From assembly GCA_035654015.1 (NCBI GenBank), contig DASRXX010000001.1, positions 3,355 through 67,354 on the forward strand: a stretch of 64,000 nucleotides of DNA. Reading direction: 5' to 3'. This document shows positions 12,214 to 22,847 of this stretch, piece after piece. A program made the position numbers and the translations under genes. The notes below the pieces were generated by a model. It worked only from the letters and a program-made list of their open reading frames with translations, was not told where the DNA came from and did no database searches. The DNA is from Sphingobium sp. (GTDB lineage Bacteria; Pseudomonadota; Alphaproteobacteria; Sphingomonadales; Sphingomonadaceae). Position 1 is the first letter of the stretch. Each line of letters opens with the position of its first letter.

Positions 12214-13655
12214 CAGGCTGCCGTGCCGCCGACGGTGAGGCCATCGAGCAGCAGGGTCGGCTGGCCGACGCCCGCCGGCACGCCCTGTCCGTTCTTGCCG
12301 CACATACCGATGCCCTCATCGAGTGCCATATCGTTGCCGATCCCGATGATGCGGGTCAGCGCGGTCGGCCCGTCGCCGATCAGCGTCGCGCCCTTGATCG
12401 GGTCACCGAGCTTGCCATTCTCGACCTTGTAGGCCTCTGTGCAGGAAAAGACGAACTTGCCCGAGACGATGTCCACCTGTCCGCCGCCAAAGCTGCGCGC
12501 GAAAATGCCCTTCTTGACGCGCGAGAGCAGTTCGGCGGGGTCGTCGTTGCCGCTGCGCGCATAGGTGTTGGTCATGCGTGGCATGGGGGCGTGCGCATAG
12601 CTTTCGCGCCGGCCGTTGCCGGTGGGCGCCACGCCCATCAGCCGCGCGTTCAGCCGGTCCTGCATGTAGCCGCGCAGGATGCCGTCCTCGATCAGCACGT
12701 TTTCCTGTGTCGGCGTGCCTTCGTCGTCGATACTGAGCGAACCGCGGCGGGCGTCGATCGCGCCATTGTCGACCACCGTCACGCCCGGCGCGGCGACGCG
12801 CTGGCCGATCTTGCCGGTGAAGGCGCTGGTGCCCTTACGGTTGAAATCGCCCTCTAACCCGTGGCCGACCGCCTCGTGCAGGAGTACACCGGGCCAGCCG
12901 GGGCCGAGCAGCACGGTCATCTCGCCCGCTGGAGCATCGACCGAGCGCAGGTTGACCTCCGCCTGCTTGAGCGCCTCGTCGATCGCGCGTTGCCAGGTCG
13001 CTTCCTCGAACAGGTCGTCATAGAGATAGCGCCCGCCAATGCCGAAGGAGCCGGTCTCGCGGCGGCCATTCTCTTCCATGATGATCGCGACGTTGAGCCG
13101 TACCAGCGGCCGCACATCAGTAGCGACGAAGCCATCAGCGCGGACGATCTCAACCACCGACCAGCTTCCGGAGAGCGAGGCGGAAACCTGCACGACACGG
13201 GGATCCCGCGCGCGCGCGGCGGCGTCGATCCGGCCCATCAGCTCCACCTTGCGGGCGAAGGGAACGAGGTCGAGCGGGTTGGCGTCGGTATAGAGGTGTC
13301 GGTTGGTGCGCTGGGGCGGCGGTGTGTGGCCCTGCTTAGCTGGGTCGAGCAGCGTCAGCGTCTCGGCTGCGCGACGAATCGCGGCCTCGCTGATGTCGTT
13401 GGCGTGCGCAAAGCCGGTCATCTCGCCCGAGACGCCGCGCAGGCCAAAGCCGGCATCGGTCGAATAATCCGCGGTCTTGAGCCGTCCGTCGTCGAAGCCG
13501 AACGCTTCGGTCGCGATATATTGCAGGTAAAGCTCACCGTCCTCGCAGGTTTTGAGCGCCTGCGCGGTCAGCCGGCGCGCGCCATCGGGGTCGAGCGCTC
13601 CATCGCGATAGAGAAAAGAGCGCACGTCTGTGATCTGGGGAGCAATGTCTGTCAT
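12213..13655 (-). CDS. tldD: Metalloprotease TldD
   Basis: GWPGVLLHEAVGHGLEGDFNRKG, MPRMTNT, CGKNGQGVPAGVGQP. Confidence 0.96.
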   Translation of the reverse strand: MTDIAPQITDVRSFLYRDGALDPDGARRLTAQALKTCEDGELYLQYIATEAFGFDDGRLKTADYSTDAGFGLRGVSGEMTGFAHANDISEAAIRRAAETLTLLDPAKQGHTPPPQRTNRHLYTDANPLDLVPFARKVELMGRIDAAARARDPRVVQVSASLSGSWSVVEIVRADGFVATDVRPLVRLNVAIIMEENGRRETGSFGIGGRYLYDDLFEEATWQRAIDEALKQAEVNLRSVDAPAGEMTVLLGPGWPGVLLHEAVGHGLEGDFNRKGTSAFTGKIGQRVAAPGVTVVDNGAIDARRGSLSIDDEGTPTQENVLIEDGILRGYMQDRLNARLMGVAPTGNGRRESYAHAPMPRMTNTYARSGNDDPAELLSRVKKGIFARSFGGGQVDIVSGKFVFSCTEAYKVENGKLGDPIKGATLIGDGPTALTRIIGIGNDMALDEGIGMCGKNGQGVPAGVGQPTLLLDGLTVGGTAA

Positions 13656-13715
13656 CCCGTCGATATAAGGACCGACGGGGCCGGCGGCAAATGGGGAAAG
13701 AGCGGAGGACCGTCC

Positions 13716-13946
13716 TTAGAGGCTAGCACCCGAGGCGATGTCGGGCTTGGTCACCAGTGCCGGGTTGTCAGCGGGGCCGCCTTCCAGCACGAAGCGCCGG
13801 TCGCAATAGCCGCAATCGACGTAGCCATGCTCGTCGATCTCCAGAAAGACGCGCGGATGGCCAAGTGCGGCGGGAATGCCGTGCCCCGAGCCATCACAGG
13901 CGACTCGGCGGGCGTGGACGCGGATGATCTCAGGCGGGGTCTGCAT
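13716..13946 (-). CDS. Zinc-finger (CHCC-type) domain protein
   Basis: ACDG...GHPRVFL...CGYCDRRF; ATG 13946. Confidence 0.88.
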   Translation of the reverse strand: MQTPPEIIRVHARRVACDGSGHGIPAALGHPRVFLEIDEHGYVDCGYCDRRFVLEGGPADNPALVTKPDIASGASL

Positions 13947-14110
13947 GGAGAGCGCGGTTAGCAAAGGTGCGGCGAACGGGCAATATCCCTAGCGTGGCTT
14001 TGCTTTTTCGCTGGTTCGCTCGTACATGGGCGCTTCCATTCGTAGAGGAGCACTCGTCATGGATCAGGCGCAGGACCATCGCCCTTTCGTCCCGCTGCCC
14101 GAGAAGATCC

Positions 14111-15697
14111 ATGCCAGCTCCCGCTCTACTCACGCTCGACCGTATTGCCGCCGCCCGGCCTGACGGCCCCGCGCTTTTTTCCGATCTCACGCTCGCTGTT
14201 GGCCGCGAGCGAATCGGCCTTGTCGGTCGCAACGGCTGTGGCAAATCGACTTTGCTCGCCATCGTTGCCGGTGACGCGCAGCCGAAGGCGGGGCACATTC
14301 ACCGTGCCGGCCGCATCGCGATGCTGCGCCAAATCCCCGTCGATGCCACCAGCGTAGCCGAAGCGCTGGGTGTCGCGCCGGCGTTGGCCTGCCTCGATCG
14401 GATCGATGCCGGTGCCGGGACGGTGCTGGACGCCGCCGAGGCGGACTGGACCCTGCGCGAGCGTTTGGTGCAGGGGCTGGATGATGTCGGTCTCGGCCAT
14501 ATTGCGCTGGATCGGGATCCTGGATCGCTGAGTGGCGGCGAGCGTGTCCGACTCGCTCTGGCGGCGATGCTGCTGGAGCAGCCGGAGCTGCTGCTGCTCG
14601 ACGAGCCGACCAACAATCTCGATTTGGAAGGGCGGGCGGCGGTTGCCGGTCTGCTCGCGCGCTGGCCGGGCGGCGCGCTGGTCGCCAGCCACGACCGGGC
14701 GCTGCTGGAGGGGATGGACCGCATCGTCCAACTGTCCTCCGTCGGCGTGCTGAGCGTGCGCGGCGGCTGGAGTGCGTTCGTTGCCCAGCGCGATGCCCAA
14801 CGCGCCCAAGCCGAGGAGGTGCTGGAGCGCAGTCTCCGTGATCTCGCGCAGCGCGAACGCAGTGCGCAGCGGCAGAATGAAAAGAAGGCGCGGCGCGACA
14901 AGGCGGGCCGTGCCACGGCGGCGAAGGGGGGTCTGCCTCGCATCCTGCTTGGCGCACGGGCGCGGCAGGCGGAGGCAAGCGGGGCGCGTGACCGCCACAT
15001 TGCGCAGCGGCAGATGACCGAGGCGGAAGGTGCCGTGGCTTCCGCCCGCGAGCGGGTGGAGGTGTTGACTCCGCTGACCATCGCCATGCCGCCCACCGGT
15101 CTTCCCGCCAACCGCACGCTGCTGCGGCTGGATGCGGTAAAGCTGGACCGGGGTGGGCGGCATCTGTTCGGCCCGCTCTCGCTGACACTCATCGGCCCGC
15201 GCCGCATGGCCATCGCCGGGCCCAATGGCAGCGGTAAGAGCAGCCTCCTCGCCATTATCGCCGGCTCGCTGGAGCCGACCGGCGGCACCGTACAGCGGGC
15301 GGAGGGGGCTATCGCCCTGCTGGACCAAAGCGTCTCGCTGCTGGCGCCGAATCAGCATCTCGTAGAGGCCATGCGCGCCCAGCATCCCAACATGACGATG
15401 GGTGAGGCCTATGCGGCGCTTGCACGCTTTGCCTTCCGCAATCGCGATGCGCTGAAGGCGGCGGACGTGCTGAGCGGCGGCGAGCGGTTACGCGCTGGGC
15501 TGGCGCTGGTACTGGCGGCACCGCGGCCGCCGCAACTTCTCATCCTGGATGAGCCAACCAACCATCTCGATCTCGACGCCATCGAAGTGCTGGAGGAGGC
15601 GCTATGCGGCTATGATGGCGCGCTGATCGTAGTCAGCCATGACGAGCGCTTCCTCGACCGGATCGGCGTGGAGGAGCACGTGCGGCTCGGTGTCTGA
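14111..15697 (+). CDS. ABC-F family ATP-binding protein (two NBDs, no TM domain)
   Basis: GRNGCGKST, LSGGE, LLLLDEPTNNLD; second NBD GPNGSGKSS, LSGGE, LLILDEPTNHLD; long charged inter-NBD linker. Start is taken at ATG 14111. Confidence 0.93.
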   Translation: MPAPALLTLDRIAAARPDGPALFSDLTLAVGRERIGLVGRNGCGKSTLLAIVAGDAQPKAGHIHRAGRIAMLRQIPVDATSVAEALGVAPALACLDRIDAGAGTVLDAAEADWTLRERLVQGLDDVGLGHIALDRDPGSLSGGERVRLALAAMLLEQPELLLLDEPTNNLDLEGRAAVAGLLARWPGGALVASHDRALLEGMDRIVQLSSVGVLSVRGGWSAFVAQRDAQRAQAEEVLERSLRDLAQRERSAQRQNEKKARRDKAGRATAAKGGLPRILLGARARQAEASGARDRHIAQRQMTEAEGAVASARERVEVLTPLTIAMPPTGLPANRTLLRLDAVKLDRGGRHLFGPLSLTLIGPRRMAIAGPNGSGKSSLLAIIAGSLEPTGGTVQRAEGAIALLDQSVSLLAPNQHLVEAMRAQHPNMTMGEAYAALARFAFRNRDALKAADVLSGGERLRAGLALVLAAPRPPQLLILDEPTNHLDLDAIEVLEEALCGYDGALIVVSHDERFLDRIGVEEHVRLGV

Positions 15698-15893
15698 TGC
15701 GGGATTGCGGTCGCCGCTGCTCTGGACAGAGGGATGGACAAGCGCGCGATCCGCTCGCAAGGGTAAGCGCGCTGCCGGATGGGCCCGATAAGCTAGAGCG
15801 TTCTGCGCCTTCTCCGGCTATGAGAGAGTGGATGACCATGAATCATAAGCCTGCTTTCGTGGCCAGGGGGCGTTTGGGCAGGAGCGCGCGCTG

Positions 15894-17072
15894 ATGGTCT
15901 GGCCCCATGGCTTCGACGATCTGCGCGCGGCGGCGAAGCGCCGGGTGCCGCGTTTCCTGTTCGATTATGTCGACGGTGGCAGCTTTTCGGAAGGCACGCT
16001 GGCGCGTAACGTTGCGGCCGTCCATAGCGTGGCCCTGCGCCAGCGCGTGCTCAACGACGTTTCGCAGTCCGATCTCTCGACCAGTCTGTTCGGCCAAAAG
16101 CTCGCTATGCCGTTGATGCTGGCCCCGGTCGGCATGGCCGGTATGCTGCGCCGGCGCGGCGAGATCCAGGCGGTGCGCGCGGCGGATGCGAGCGGTGTGC
16201 CGATGGTCATGTCGACCGTCGCGCTCTGCTCAGTGGATGAGGTGATGGCGGCGACCGGCATCCCGTTCTGGTTCCAGCTTTATGTTGCCAAGGATCGCGG
16301 CTTCGTCATGGATCTGCTGGCCCGGGTGAAGGCGCTCGGGTGCCCGGTCCTGTTCATGACGGTTGATCTGCCGATGCCGGGTCCCCGATGGCGCGACCAG
16401 CGCTCCGGCCTCTCCGGCCCGCCCGGCCTGCTCGGCCAGTGGCGACGCTGGACGCAGGTGCTGGCACATCCACGCTGGGCGCTCGACGTGGGGCTCGGCG
16501 GCCGCCCGCACACGCTCGGCAACCTCGCGCCGATCATGAAGGGCAATGTCCGCCTCAATGATTTCCTGAGTTGGAGCGGGCGCAATTTCGATCCATCCGT
16601 CACCTGGAAGGATCTGGAGTTCATCCGCAGCCATTGGGACGGCCCGCTGGTGCTCAAGGGTATCATGGACCCGGAGGACGCTCGCCGCGTGGCGGACATC
16701 GGCGCGGACGGGCTAGTCGTCTCCAACCATGGTGGCCGCCAGCTCGATGGGATGATCGGCACGGCGGAGGCGTTACCAGCCATTGCGCAGGCGGTGGGTG
16801 AGCGACTGACGGTCCTCGCTGATGGCGGCGTGCGCAACGGGCTTGACGTGCTACGCATGCTGGCATTGGGCGCGAAAGGCGTGATGATCGGCCGTGCCTG
16901 GGCTTATGCGCTGGCAGCCGGCGGTGAGGAGGGGGTGCGGCGTATGCTCGCTCAGTTCGCGCTCGAGCTCCGCTCAGGCCTGGCGCTCACCGGCTGTGAC
17001 AGCATTGCCGATGTGGGGCCGCACATTCTTGCCTATTCGCCGGAGGCGCGGCGGGGGCCCGCGCCAATCTAA
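15894..17072 (+). CDS. lldD: FMN-dependent alpha-hydroxy acid dehydrogenase (L-lactate dehydrogenase-like)
   Basis: FLFDYVDGGS, SNHGGRQLDG, DGGVRNGLDVLRMLALGA; substrate is inferred. Confidence 0.85.
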   Translation: MVWPHGFDDLRAAAKRRVPRFLFDYVDGGSFSEGTLARNVAAVHSVALRQRVLNDVSQSDLSTSLFGQKLAMPLMLAPVGMAGMLRRRGEIQAVRAADASGVPMVMSTVALCSVDEVMAATGIPFWFQLYVAKDRGFVMDLLARVKALGCPVLFMTVDLPMPGPRWRDQRSGLSGPPGLLGQWRRWTQVLAHPRWALDVGLGGRPHTLGNLAPIMKGNVRLNDFLSWSGRNFDPSVTWKDLEFIRSHWDGPLVLKGIMDPEDARRVADIGADGLVVSNHGGRQLDGMIGTAEALPAIAQAVGERLTVLADGGVRNGLDVLRMLALGAKGVMIGRAWAYALAAGGEEGVRRMLAQFALELRSGLALTGCDSIADVGPHILAYSPEARRGPAPI

Positions 17073-17126
17073 AGGTTCAGATCGGCGGAGCCCAGGTTCC
17101 GATCCTGGCCGAGGCAGCGCCGCCGG

Positions 17127-17513
17127 TCACCAATGCGCCCGGCGGTTAAGTTCGTGCCCGAGGGCCAGTAGCAGGACGCCCAGCACCGAGTATGCGATCT
17201 CGCCGGAAGCACCGTGCGGCAGGCTGAGCGCACCCGCCATGATGCCGAGCCCCAGCGCGCCGACCGCGACTGGCAGCAACATGCCGTGCGTACGCGCACC
17301 GTTGCCAAGCGCCAGTCCGCCAAGCAGGATCGCCAGGATGAGGCCACCCTCATGGATGATCGGTGCCTCGAGCAGCCCGGCGAACGAAGAGAGCAAACCA
17401 ACAGCGATCGCCGTGGCCAGACAGTGCAGTGCGCACAGGCCGGAAAGACCGATGGCCCATCCATCGAGATGTGTGAAGCGGGAGCCGGACAGAGTCGACA
17501 TTTCACGGGGCAT
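17127..17513 (-). CDS. MerC domain-containing membrane protein
   Basis: LDGWAIGLSGLCALHCLA, IIHE and LALGHELNRR motifs; four hydrophobic segments. Confidence 0.85.
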   Translation of the reverse strand: MPREMSTLSGSRFTHLDGWAIGLSGLCALHCLATAIAVGLLSSFAGLLEAPIIHEGGLILAILLGGLALGNGARTHGMLLPVAVGALGLGIMAGALSLPHGASGEIAYSVLGVLLLALGHELNRRAHW

Positions 17514-17526
17514 TACGCTTCATTGG

Positions 17527-17544
17527 AGGAGGTTACAACATATC
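17527..17544 (-). promoter_or_regulatory. Candidate Zur/Fur-family operator upstream of the MerC-domain gene
   Basis: Minus strand GATATGTTGTAACCTCCT, an AT-rich patch 14-31 nt upstream of the ATG; left half resembles alphaproteobacterial Zur boxes (ATGTTATAACAT core), right half is degenerate. Confidence 0.35.
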
Positions 17545-17675
17545 ATTTGGAATTAACCGACGGGGTCTGACCGCCATCTGGCGGGAGACGAACGCCCCTG
17601 CGTGGAAATTGCAGCCGTACGCCTTCCTGTGCCATCCGGCTTGCCTCCCCAGTCACTTGGGGGCATGGACGCGGC

Positions 17676-18734
17676 ATGACCGAGCAGGCGCAGATTGTTT
17701 CCCACGGCACGGCTTCGGCTGTTGCTTACGGCCGGCCCGCGACGCTGGCGCGTTGGCTGTTTATCATGGCGGGCCTCATCGTGCTGATGATTGTAGTGGG
17801 AGGCATCACCAGACTCACCGAATCGGGCCTGTCTATTACGCAATGGAAGCCGGTTACCGGCACGCTGCCGCCGCTTAGCCAAGCCGATTGGCAAGCGGAA
17901 TTCGATGCCTACCGCCATAGCTCGCAATATGCACTGATGAACCAGGGCATGACGCTCGAGGCCTTCAAACACATCTTCTTCTGGGAATATGTCCACCGGT
18001 TGCTGGGGCGGTTGATCGGTCTCGCCTATGCCGTGCCGCTGGTCTGGTTTGCGCTGCGTCGGGCGGTGCCTACCGGGTTCGGCCTGCGACTCATCATTCT
18101 GTTGCTGCTGGGCGGTGCGCAGGGCGGGGTGGGCTGGCTTATGGTCAAAAGCGGCCTGACCGATCGGGTGAATGTCGAGCCGGCGATGCTTGCCGCGCAT
18201 CTTGGCATGGCGCTGATCCTGCTCGCAGTGGTGCTGTGGACAGCCTGTGACTTCGCACGCCTCGCCCGCACGCCGGGTGGCGGGAAGGTCCGGCCGGCTA
18301 TCGGCGGTCTTGCCGTGGCCGTGCTGCTGTTCTTCCAGCTCATGCTCGGTGCGCTCACCGCCGGTCTTCGCGCCGGCTACGTTGCCAACACCTGGCCGCT
18401 CATGAACGACAAATTCGTGCCGGACGGCATCCGGTGGTTCGGCTCGCTGTGGCGCACCGTGACCAGCGACCCCTTCCTTGTGCATTTCCTGCACCGCTGG
18501 TGGGCGTGGATTGCCGCGCTGGCCATCATTTGGATGGCGGGTGCACTCCACCGTGCCGGGGCCGCGCGCTGGGCCTGGGTGCTGCTGGCCATCACCGGCG
18601 CGCAGATCCTTCTTGGCATCGTCACTGTCATCACTGGCGTGAACATCACCATTGCCGTGCTGCACCAGTTTGTTGGCGCGGTGCTTTTCGGCGCGGTCGT
18701 GATGGGGGTCCACCGGCTCGGCGACGCGCGATGA
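17676..18734 (+). CDS. ctaA: Heme A synthase (COX15/CtaA)
   Basis: VGGITRLTESGLSITQWKP, FFWEYVHRLLGR, FLHRWWAW, AVLHQ. Confidence 0.95.
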   Translation: MTEQAQIVSHGTASAVAYGRPATLARWLFIMAGLIVLMIVVGGITRLTESGLSITQWKPVTGTLPPLSQADWQAEFDAYRHSSQYALMNQGMTLEAFKHIFFWEYVHRLLGRLIGLAYAVPLVWFALRRAVPTGFGLRLIILLLLGGAQGGVGWLMVKSGLTDRVNVEPAMLAAHLGMALILLAVVLWTACDFARLARTPGGGKVRPAIGGLAVAVLLFFQLMLGALTAGLRAGYVANTWPLMNDKFVPDGIRWFGSLWRTVTSDPFLVHFLHRWWAWIAALAIIWMAGALHRAGAARWAWVLLAITGAQILLGIVTVITGVNITIAVLHQFVGAVLFGAVVMGVHRLGDAR

Positions 18735-19054
18735 GCGAGATCGCGCTGGTTTACGTGCTCTACGGCACGCGACCGGCGGCTGAGGTGGCGGCGCGCACGA
18801 TGGTTGCTCAGCGCCTTGCCGCTTGCGCCAATGTCTTTGCGCAGGGGCAGTCATTCTATCAGTGGGCCGGCGCGCTGGAGGCTGTGACCGAGGTGGCGGT
18901 GCTGTTCAAGACGGCGCCCGCACGCTGCGACGCCTTGATGGCGGCGCTGGAGCGGGATCACCCATATGAACTGCCGGCCATCCTGAGCTGGCGCGTCACC
19001 GCGCGCCCCGCCTACGCGGCCTGGGTCGAGCGCGAAACGGCTAGCCAACCCTGA
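18731..19054 (+). CDS. cutA: Divalent-cation tolerance protein CutA
   Basis: ATGA overlap with ctaA; QRLAACAN, SFYQWAG, HPYELPAI. Confidence 0.9.
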   Translation: MSEIALVYVLYGTRPAAEVAARTMVAQRLAACANVFAQGQSFYQWAGALEAVTEVAVLFKTAPARCDALMAALERDHPYELPAILSWRVTARPAYAAWVERETASQP

Positions 19055-19208
19055 ACAGGTATCTTGGTGCCCGTCAGCAAAGGCGCGGTTTAACTTGACT
19101 TTTTACGGATGATCCGTCAGGAGCGCGGCCGTCGGCGGCTTCCTGCGCGGTGATCCGTGCGGTTCTGCCATCGTTTTTTCTAGGTCATTTTTCTGGAGGC
19201 AAGAGGCC

Positions 19209-19688
19209 ATGAAGGCGCTCATGAAGACGACCAAGCCGGCAACCCCGGCGACGGTCGAGAAGAAGTGGCTGATTGTCGACGCGGAAGGGCTGGTCGTCGG
19301 CCGCGCCGCCACGATCATCGCCAACGTCCTGCGCGGCAAGCACAAGCCGAGCTTTACCCCGCACGTCGATTGCGGTGACAATGTCATCGTCATCAACGCC
19401 GACAAGGTGAAGTTCACCGGCAACAAGCTGGCCGACAAGGTTTATTACAAGCACACCGGCTATGCTGGCGGCATCAAGGGCATTACCGCCGAGAAGGTGC
19501 TGGAAGGCCGCTTCCCCGAGCGCGTTCTGGAGAAGGCGGTGGAGCGCATGATCCCGCGCGGCCCGCTCGGTCGTCAGCAGATGCGCAACCTGCGCGTTTT
19601 CGCCGGCTCCGAGCATCCGCACGAAGCCCAGAACCCCGAAGTGCTTGATATCGCGGCGATGAACCGCAAGAACAAGGTTGGTGCCTGA
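19209..19688 (+). CDS. rplM: 50S ribosomal protein L13
   Basis: [31 protein letters not shown]. Confidence 0.99.
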   Translation: MKALMKTTKPATPATVEKKWLIVDAEGLVVGRAATIIANVLRGKHKPSFTPHVDCGDNVIVINADKVKFTGNKLADKVYYKHTGYAGGIKGITAEKVLEGRFPERVLEKAVERMIPRGPLGRQQMRNLRVFAGSEHPHEAQNPEVLDIAAMNRKNKVGA

Positions 19689-20194
19689 TGTCCGATACCG
19701 TCAACTCGCTGTCTGATCTGCAGACCCTCGCCCAGGGCGATGGCGCGGTTGCCGCGCCCGAGGCGCCCGTTGCCACTGCGCCGCTGCGCCAGCAGGAGCT
19801 GGACAAGCACGGCCGTGCCTATGCGACTGGCCGTCGCAAGGATGCCGTCGCCCGCGTGTGGGTGAAGCCCGGCACCGGCAAGATCACGGTCAACGGCCGC
19901 GACCAGGAAATTTACTTCGCGCGCCCCACATTGCGTCTGGTGATCAACCAGCCTTTCACGATCACCGAGCGGACCGGTCAGTATGATGTGGTCTGCACGG
20001 TGAAGGGCGGTGGCCTCTCCGGTCAGGCCGGTGCCGTCAAGCACGGCATCGCGCAGGCACTGACCAAGTATGAGCCGGCGCTTCGGTCCGCGGTAAAGGC
20101 AGAGGGCTTCCTCACCCGCGACTCGCGCGTCGTCGAGCGCAAGAAGTATGGCCGCGCCAAGGCCCGCCGCAGCTTCCAGTTCTCGAAGCGTTAA
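19688..20194 (+). CDS. rpsI: 30S ribosomal protein S9
   Basis: [40 protein letters not shown]. Confidence 0.99.
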   Translation: MSDTVNSLSDLQTLAQGDGAVAAPEAPVATAPLRQQELDKHGRAYATGRRKDAVARVWVKPGTGKITVNGRDQEIYFARPTLRLVINQPFTITERTGQYDVVCTVKGGGLSGQAGAVKHGIAQALTKYEPALRSAVKAEGFLTRDSRVVERKKYGRAKARRSFQFSKR

Positions 20195-20216
20195 GCGCGC
20201 GTTTTTGGAATGCAGG

Positions 20217-20245
20217 AAAACGGGGCGGAGACGCCCCGTTTTTTT
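20217..20245 (+). terminator. Intrinsic terminator after rpsI (possibly bidirectional with maeB)
   Basis: AAAA-CGGGGCG-gaga-CGCCCCG-TTTTTTT. Confidence 0.88.
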
Positions 20246-20459
20246 GTGCGTGGTCGTCTCAGGAATACGGGTCCATCGACCCCCGATGGAGCACGCCCTT
20301 CAACAGGCTCCGGGCAACCGATCTCATCTGCTTGTTAGGCAGCGCGCACAACGAGCAACTCTTTCGGGTCTCGCCTGCGCTCCGCACGAACCGACTGTCT
20401 GAACTTTCTGCGCGACCCGGATGTCCCTCGGTCTGGACAGAGCAGGCCTCGATGTCACC

Positions 20460-22721
<2,262 letters not shown>

Positions 22722-22847
22722 GGGGTGTCCTCGACGCTCGCAACTGCCCTAACGGCAATGGCCCGCTCTCCACAAGGGGCCTCGCGGGATAGTCTTTGCA
22801 TGATGCCCGGCTTTTCGGCGACCGCCTGCCCTGCTAACGCTTCGGGT

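Noticed and set aside
12213-13655. tldD without an adjacent tldE/pmbA
   Set aside because: Separation of tldD and tldE is common in Proteobacteria.
19105-19117. ACGGAT-g-ATCCGT palindrome in the rplM promoter region
   Set aside because: A 6-bp inverted repeat is within chance expectation; no supporting evidence.
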